Of a stretch of DNA of 64,000 nt, positions 58,808 through 64,000 are shown piece by piece. Under the pieces are notes generated by a model, which was not told the origin of the DNA, did no database searches, and was given only the letters and a program-made list of their open reading frames with translations. The DNA lies in assembly GCA_963664015.2 (NCBI GenBank), contig CAXXLF010000002.1, positions 704,001 through 768,000 of the forward strand, in the 5' to 3' direction. The stretch comes from Candidatus Binatia bacterium. GTDB taxonomy: Bacteria; Desulfobacterota; Binatia; UBA9968; CAXXLF01. The position numbers and the translations under genes were made by a program. How positions within the stretch are numbered: position 1 is the first letter of the stretch; each line of letters starts with the position of its first letter.

Positions 58808-59026
58808 TTAACCACAGATTTACGCAGACAAGTAAGAGCAAAGCGCATAGCGCAAAGCGCCTTTGAGTAGTACTGAGTAGCGAGTACTGAGGACTGAGTG
58901 GGGAAGGATGAGAATCGAGGATTGAAGGTCGAGAAAGGGCTGAAAGAGAAATTCGGACACTATGCGCTTTGCCCTCTGATCTTTGCCATTTTTGGTCTGC
59001 GAGAATCGGAGTAAATCTGCGGTTAA
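58808..59026. repeat. Nested inverted-repeat element with internal heptamer repeats
   Basis: TTAACCACAGATTTAC pairs with GTAAATCTGCGGTTAA; GCAAAGCGCATAG pairs with CTATGCGCTTTGC; the centre holds gagtagtactgagtagcgagtactgaggactgagt. Confidence 0.65.
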
Positions 59027-59082
59027 GTTTTTAGAGTCTGAATCGTCTATCAGAGCCCGGATTCCCGGGAATAGAGGTGGTT

Positions 59083-60048
59083 ATGAGTTTTAAACGCATT
59101 GGCATCCTTAGCATTGGAGAGATGGGTTATCACTGGGCACGGGTGCTAGGCGCCCACGGAGTGGAGCTCTCGACCGTTACCGGCAATCGGAGTGAAACGA
59201 CGCGACAGCGTGCCGAGAGCGCGGGAGTCCAGGTCCTTCCGTCACTGGAGGCTTTGGTCTCTCATGTCGATCTAGTGGTCTCGATCGTTGTCCCGTCCGC
59301 TTCCAAGCAGGTCGCAACAAGAGTTGCCGGAACGATCGCCAGATGCGGAAAGAAAGGGCTTCTATACCTGGATGCTAACGCTATTTCTCCTATGACAGCG
59401 GAGGAGTTGAATCGTGTGTTGACCAAGGTCAGGGCTCGTTACGTTGATGGCTGTATTATTGGGAGCGCCGCAAAAATGGACCAGGGTGCAGAGGTCTACG
59501 TTTCCGGTCCCGACGCGCCGAGTCTCGAGGAATTGAACCTATTGGGTTTATCGGTCAAGGTGCTCGGATCGGGATCCAGCCAGGCCTCGGCCTTGAAAGT
59601 CCTCCACGCAGGTTTAACAAAGGGGTTGGCGGGTCTCTTCCTTGAGCTACTGGTAGGAGCGGAAAAGTTTAGCCTACTTAGTCAGACACTTGATGACTAT
59701 GAGAGGAGCTATCCCGGATTGCCCCGCAAGGTCGGGCAATCCATGCTATCTCTACCGACGCACGCTGCCAGAAGAAGTGAAGAGATGACCGAGCTGGGTG
59801 CAACGTTTCAGCACTTCGGGTTAGAACCCATCGTTGTACCCGCCGTGGGCAAGATCCTAAAATCCATTGCTACACTTAAGAACGTACCGGCTTCCGCGAC
59901 TCAAGCAAAAATCGATGACCCAAGTGAATTGATCAAGCGTTTCACCGAATGGGGGTTGCTCGGGCAACCGACCGTGCAGAAGAAAACTCGGCTAAAAGCG
60001 ACCCCAGGGCCGGGAAAAAAGAGAAGCAGAAATTCCGGTAGATCATAG
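59083..60048 (+). CDS. NAD(P)-dependent oxidoreductase (3-hydroxyisobutyrate/6PGD-like, DUF1932)
   Basis: IGILSIGEMG, YLDANAISP, YVDGCIIG, ASALKVLHAGLTKG, HAARRSEEM. Confidence 0.85.
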   Translation: MSFKRIGILSIGEMGYHWARVLGAHGVELSTVTGNRSETTRQRAESAGVQVLPSLEALVSHVDLVVSIVVPSASKQVATRVAGTIARCGKKGLLYLDANAISPMTAEELNRVLTKVRARYVDGCIIGSAAKMDQGAEVYVSGPDAPSLEELNLLGLSVKVLGSGSSQASALKVLHAGLTKGLAGLFLELLVGAEKFSLLSQTLDDYERSYPGLPRKVGQSMLSLPTHAARRSEEMTELGATFQHFGLEPIVVPAVGKILKSIATLKNVPASATQAKIDDPSELIKRFTEWGLLGQPTVQKKTRLKATPGPGKKRSRNSGRS

Positions 60049-60050
60049 TG

Positions 60051-60538
60051 TCACGGATTCACTTCAAGCCATTTCGAAGCAAAATCGGACAGAATCAAGC
60101 CCAAGGCAACTTTAACCTGCTCCACGGCTTTACCGGTTTCACCGGTCAAAATATATTGTCCATCCCATACGGGGGCAAAATGGATTGACCGGTTTTCTGA
60201 ACCGTCGCAAGTCGAAATACTTCAACCTCAATCACCCCGTAGTAACGAACGGTCTTCCCATCCTCTTTAAAGGTTTCCACCGTGACATCAACCAGGAGGG
60301 ATCCTTCGGCCGATGTTTTGTTCACCGTGAGCTGCGGAACTTTGCTCCGTAAAAGGGCAAGCGTATGGTCAGCCAGGAGTTTTTCGTTTAGACCTAGTTT
60401 TCTCGCTTCGCTATCCAGATCGTCGATCACCACATGGACCGTTTGTAAACCCGCTAAACCATTGGCTTCGGTGGACAACCTATTGGAAAGGGCCAGAACG
60501 ATTAATGCAAATATAAGCGGAAGATAGAACCAACGCAT
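60051..60538 (-). pseudogene. Frameshifted secreted hypothetical protein
   Basis: Signal-peptide-like MRWFYLPLIFALIVL; the frame breaks at TTTTGCCCCC (about 60175) and an alternative frame continues APVWDGQYILTG...FASKWLEVNP*. Confidence 0.55.
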
Positions 60539-60685
60539 TAGGGGCTCTTTTTTTATGACCGCAGCCCGCGAATTCTTCACACCCTCCGTAACAGGCACGA
60601 GCCCCTGGGTCGGCCAATGGACTCCACAGGGTAGAGCTTCAGCGAGATGCGGATGAGAGTTCGAATCTCAAGAAAGCCCAACAAC

Positions 60686-61669
60686 CTAGTTGCCAGGATC
60701 TTTCCACGAACTGTAATTGAGCGCCTTGACGTCCGGGGTAAAGTCTCCCCTGGCGGAAACGCCCTGGCGCACGGGTCCGCTGAAACCACTCTCGCAGTAA
60801 AACTCCCAGAGGTTGCCCGTTGGACTGCGAAAGTACATAGCTGCATCGGTCCCGTTCCGCGTCCATATGTCGTGGGTCGGAACACCGTAACTCTCAAGAC
60901 GCTTTTTCAAGGGAATCAGATCCGCCGATTTCACAAGTAAGGTGTAGTGCGGGTATTCGGCATCGGGTGCCGTCCAGCCACGAGTGGTAGTTGACTGTCC
61001 TATATCCGCACCGCCGAGCACTACGGTCACATGATCGGGGAGTTCGAACAACACCTTGCCTCCAACGGCCGCAACCCAGAAGCGCTTTCCTTCCTGCATG
61101 TTGCGAACCGGGAGAGTCATGTGGTTGTAGCCCAGAGGTCGGCCTTTGGGGAGCTTGGATCTGTCAGCGGGTGGTTGGAGGGACTGGTAATTCAACGCGG
61201 CAAAGTCGATCACGAAATCGCCGCCGGCGCGAGCCCCCAACCTGAGCGGCACTGCATTGAATCCCTCAGCGCAGTACATCTCGAACTGATTACCCGACGG
61301 GTCGCGGAAGTACATGAGCGCAGCGGAGCGCCCTTTCCGGCACCATGGGTCATGGGTAGGAACGCCATAGGCCTCCAGCCGCTGTTTGATGCCCATGTAG
61401 TCCTCAGGCTGAATCGTAAGACCGTAGTGGGGGTATTCGGCGTCGTGAGGGGTGGCCCCGCCAGGCTGTCGACCAAGAACGATTTTAAAGGTGCCCACCT
61501 GGACACAAGCGGTGTCGGGTTTTTCTTCGATAAGTTCCCCGCCTAATACCTCGACGAAAAACTGTTTCGAAAGGGCCAAATCCCGCGTGGGGAGACTGAT
61601 GTGACTGAAACCGTACGGAGTGGGTGCCGTTGCAGCTTCGTTTTCCAAGGGTGTTTCCACAGTACTCAT
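60686..61669 (-). CDS. Tandem-duplicated VOC-family protein
   Basis: 327 aa; two halves FSHISLP...DAEYPHY...YFRDPSGNQFE and YNHMTLP...DAEYPHY...YFRSPTGNLWE. Confidence 0.88.
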   Translation of the reverse strand: MSTVETPLENEAATAPTPYGFSHISLPTRDLALSKQFFVEVLGGELIEEKPDTACVQVGTFKIVLGRQPGGATPHDAEYPHYGLTIQPEDYMGIKQRLEAYGVPTHDPWCRKGRSAALMYFRDPSGNQFEMYCAEGFNAVPLRLGARAGGDFVIDFAALNYQSLQPPADRSKLPKGRPLGYNHMTLPVRNMQEGKRFWVAAVGGKVLFELPDHVTVVLGGADIGQSTTTRGWTAPDAEYPHYTLLVKSADLIPLKKRLESYGVPTHDIWTRNGTDAAMYFRSPTGNLWEFYCESGFSGPVRQGVSARGDFTPDVKALNYSSWKDPGN

Positions 61670-61727
61670 ATTTATCCTCCCCGTTTATGATTCACATCAA
61701 AATTATAAGGTTATAATTGATCCGGTA

Positions 61728-62918
61728 CTAACCACGCCCCCAGAGACGCTTGCTTGCGATCCGGGCCCCCTCCACCAATGCGTCGAGCTTTGCCCAGATG
61801 ACGCTGTCGGGCATGTCCGTATTGCGCGCAACGCTGGCAAAGCCGCAATCCACTCCCGCGATAACATTCTCACGGCCCATGAACCCGGCATAACGCTCAA
61901 TGCGCTGGGCCACCAGTTCCGGATGTTCCACGGTGGCCGTGGACTGGGTCACGACGCCCGGTACGAGCAAGGTTTGCGGGGGGAGCTTGACATCTTTCCA
62001 CAGCTTCCATTCGTGCTCGTGGCGCGGATTGGAGGCCTCGAAGGAATGGGACCCCGCATGAATCTTCGCCACGAAATCGATGACGTGTTTGAACTCCAGA
62101 TCGTGCACGCGCGGCCCGAAGGCCACACTGTAGCAGCTGTGAAAGCGAATTCTCTCACGGGGAAGGTCACGCAACGTGTGATTCAGCAGCTCCACGTGAT
62201 GCTCCGCCCAGCGGCGGTACTCTTCAATACTGAGATCCGGGTTACGCAAATAGTGTGTGAGCAATTGAGGATCGTCGACCTGCAAAAGGAGACCGGAATC
62301 GATAATGGCCTTGTATTCCTCTCGTAGGGCCTCGGCAACGGCCACTTCATACTCTTCCTTAGTCCGGTAGTGCTGGTTGGGCCTGCGATAGCTGATTTGG
62401 TCCGGAGCAACTGCGGGGACGAAGGCCTCCTCCACCTTGACCTGGGCCAGGGCTGCTTTGAAGTTTTTGAGGTCCCGATCGAGCAACGCCCTCCCCTTGT
62501 AGGTAACAGGTCCCGTGCAAACAGGCTGCCGGGGAATGCGCCCTTCCGTGGCCCGCTTCAGGGCGGCCTCGGGATGGTAGTAGTCGGGGAAGGCCAGGAA
62601 CTCCCGAGAGCCAGCCAGGTAGTTCACAGCCCGGGGGATATCCTTCTCCGGGATCTCCAGTTGCTCGAACCCGGTCAGACGCTCGTCCGCGTACAGGATA
62701 AAGCCCGCCTTGCTGGCTTCCCCATCGTTGATCACATCGATACCGCAATCCGCCTGCTTGCGCACCATCTCGAGGACGGCGCCCGGCAGGCGAGCCTCGA
62801 AGGCCTGCTCGTCGACCGGCTGCCCCTTCATCTTAGCGCCCAAGTCCTCGATCACGCTGTCGGGTCGCGGGAGGCTCCCCACGTGGGTTGTCAGGATTCT
62901 ATCCGTACTGTGCTTCAT
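61728..62918 (-). CDS. MetE-like (methionine synthase II / epoxyalkane:CoM transferase family) protein #2
   Basis: 396 aa; ILTTHVGSLPRP, LQVDDP, RFHSC, HEHEW, EHPELVAQR, VDCGF. Confidence 0.9.
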   Translation of the reverse strand: MKHSTDRILTTHVGSLPRPDSVIEDLGAKMKGQPVDEQAFEARLPGAVLEMVRKQADCGIDVINDGEASKAGFILYADERLTGFEQLEIPEKDIPRAVNYLAGSREFLAFPDYYHPEAALKRATEGRIPRQPVCTGPVTYKGRALLDRDLKNFKAALAQVKVEEAFVPAVAPDQISYRRPNQHYRTKEEYEVAVAEALREEYKAIIDSGLLLQVDDPQLLTHYLRNPDLSIEEYRRWAEHHVELLNHTLRDLPRERIRFHSCYSVAFGPRVHDLEFKHVIDFVAKIHAGSHSFEASNPRHEHEWKLWKDVKLPPQTLLVPGVVTQSTATVEHPELVAQRIERYAGFMGRENVIAGVDCGFASVARNTDMPDSVIWAKLDALVEGARIASKRLWGRG

Positions 62919-63054
62919 TGGCTGCCTATTCCCTCACCGGTAGGTTGACTCACCATAGTCCCAATAACCAATTGCACAGCCATGGTCAAGCGGGACCTTC
63001 CACCTGTCTCGATGCATTCACATATTACTTTTCCGATTGGCATCTTTCTTACAT

Positions 63055-64000
63055 TTAACTTTTTACTTTTGCCTTCACATCGGTGAGTATCTCCCTCGCC
63101 GCATTGTAGCCCGGAAGCCCCGTCACCCCCCCACCGGGGTGAGTCCCCGATCCACAGAGGTAAAGACCGTCGACCGGAGTCCGGTACTGCGCCCAACCTC
63201 TAAGTGGCCGTAACGAGAAGAGCTGGCTCAAGACCATGTCGCCGTGAAAGATGTTGCCTCCCGTCAGACCGTATTTCCTTTCAAGATCCAGTGGGCTCAG
63301 GACCTGTCGCTCGACGATCGCACCTTTTATATTCGGCGCGTATTCGGAAAGTACATCGATCACCCGGTCCGCGTAGGAATCCCCAAGTTCGTCCCAAGTG
63401 CCCTGGACGAGATGGTAGGGAGCGTATTGGACGAAGATGGACATCACATGCCTTCCCGGCGGTACCAGTGAGTCATCGTAGGCCGTCGGGATACAACACT
63501 CGAGCATCGGGTTCCTTGAAGGATTTCCTTTTTCGGCTTCGCGCCAAGCCTCTTCCATGTACTCGAGGCTCGGACAGATATGGATGGTCCCCTTGTGCTG
63601 GGGGCCGAGGTTGGTACCAGGAGAGGCCTTGAAATTGGGAAGCTCGCCCAGGACCAGGTTGATTTTGAGTGCGTTGCCATCCATCTTGATGGCCTCGATC
63701 CGGGAACGAAAGGATACGGGCAGATGGCCCCTGTCCATGAGGCGCAGGAAGGTTCCTTTGGGATCGACGTTAGAGGCAATCACCGGAGCTTCGATCTCCT
63801 CGCCATTCTCTAGAAGCACACCGACGGCCTTGCCGGAACGGATCTGAATCTTGGCAACCGCTGCGTCCGTTTGGATCAACGCACCCTTGGCTTGTGCGGA
63901 TTTGGCCAGGGCCTGCGTAATTCCTCCCATCCCGCCCTTCACGAATCCCCACAGGCCGCGTTTCCCCCCTGCCTCTCCCATACAGTGGTGCAGTAGCACA
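63055..64000 (-). CDS. Phytoene desaturase-like FAD-dependent oxidoreductase (5' end outside the window)
   Basis: GGMGGITQAL, SPLDLER..GLTGGNIFHG, LYLCGSGTHPGGGVTGLPGYNAA. Confidence 0.88.
   Translation of the reverse strand, partial: VLLHHCMGEAGGKRGLWGFVKGGMGGITQALAKSAQAKGALIQTDAAVAKIQIRSGKAVGVLLENGEEIEAPVIASNVDPKGTFLRLMDRGHLPVSFRSRIEAIKMDGNALKINLVLGELPNFKASPGTNLGPQHKGTIHICPSLEYMEEAWREAEKGNPSRNPMLECCIPTAYDDSLVPPGRHVMSIFVQYAPYHLVQGTWDELGDSYADRVIDVLSEYAPNIKGAIVERQVLSPLDLERKYGLTGGNIFHGDMVLSQLFSLRPLRGWAQYRTPVDGLYLCGSGTHPGGGVTGLPGYNAAREILTDVKAKVKS

Noticed and set aside
8965-59026. CRISPR array among the short repeats
   Set aside because: No regularly spaced identical 23-47 bp repeats with unique spacers, and no cas genes.
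52424-62918. Bona fide metE methionine synthase
   Set aside because: Half-length single-domain proteins, two divergent copies, and no met gene context.
483-62948. Long antisense or overlapping ORFs (e.g. 483-1223, 13855-14580, 32275-32982, 40842-41534, 61620-62327)
   Set aside because: Shadow frames of well-supported genes in GC-rich DNA, with no recognisable motifs.
63055-64000. Carotenoid biosynthesis crtI
   Set aside because: Only the broad phytoene-desaturase-like family is supported; no crtB or crtE in the window and the gene is truncated.

Overview
GC-rich bacterial window that is almost entirely a catabolic gene landscape for (hetero)aromatic carboxylates. The mix of many UbiDs, Mo-hydroxylases, cupins, orphan solute-binding proteins and short intergenic repeats is reminiscent of Ca. 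Binatota / Deltaproteobacteria-type genomes; this taxonomic reading is inference only. The window holds six UbiD-family (prFMN) decarboxylases and no UbiX. It also holds four xanthine-dehydrogenase/CoxL-family Mo large subunits, none with a CO-dehydrogenase active-site motif, with only two FAD and two 2Fe-2S partners and one CoxG. Three paralogous MDR 'alcohol dehydrogenases' have lost the catalytic-zinc cysteines. Other genes include five cupins, two SBP-fold proteins resembling 4,5-dihydroxyphthalate decarboxylase, amidohydrolases, two MetE-like Zn thiol-transferases, a GST and transport components. The most striking unit is 38.2-50.9 kb: Mo-hydroxylase L / Cys-nucleophile hydrolase / M / S / L / [UbiD-MDR] x2 / small Zn-ribbon protein. 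Decayed passenger genes (RecQ, Fic, DUF4105, cytochrome c, amidohydrolase), attC-like relics and short intergenic repeats are interspersed. No rRNA, tRNA, CRISPR array or intact transposase/integrase was seen.
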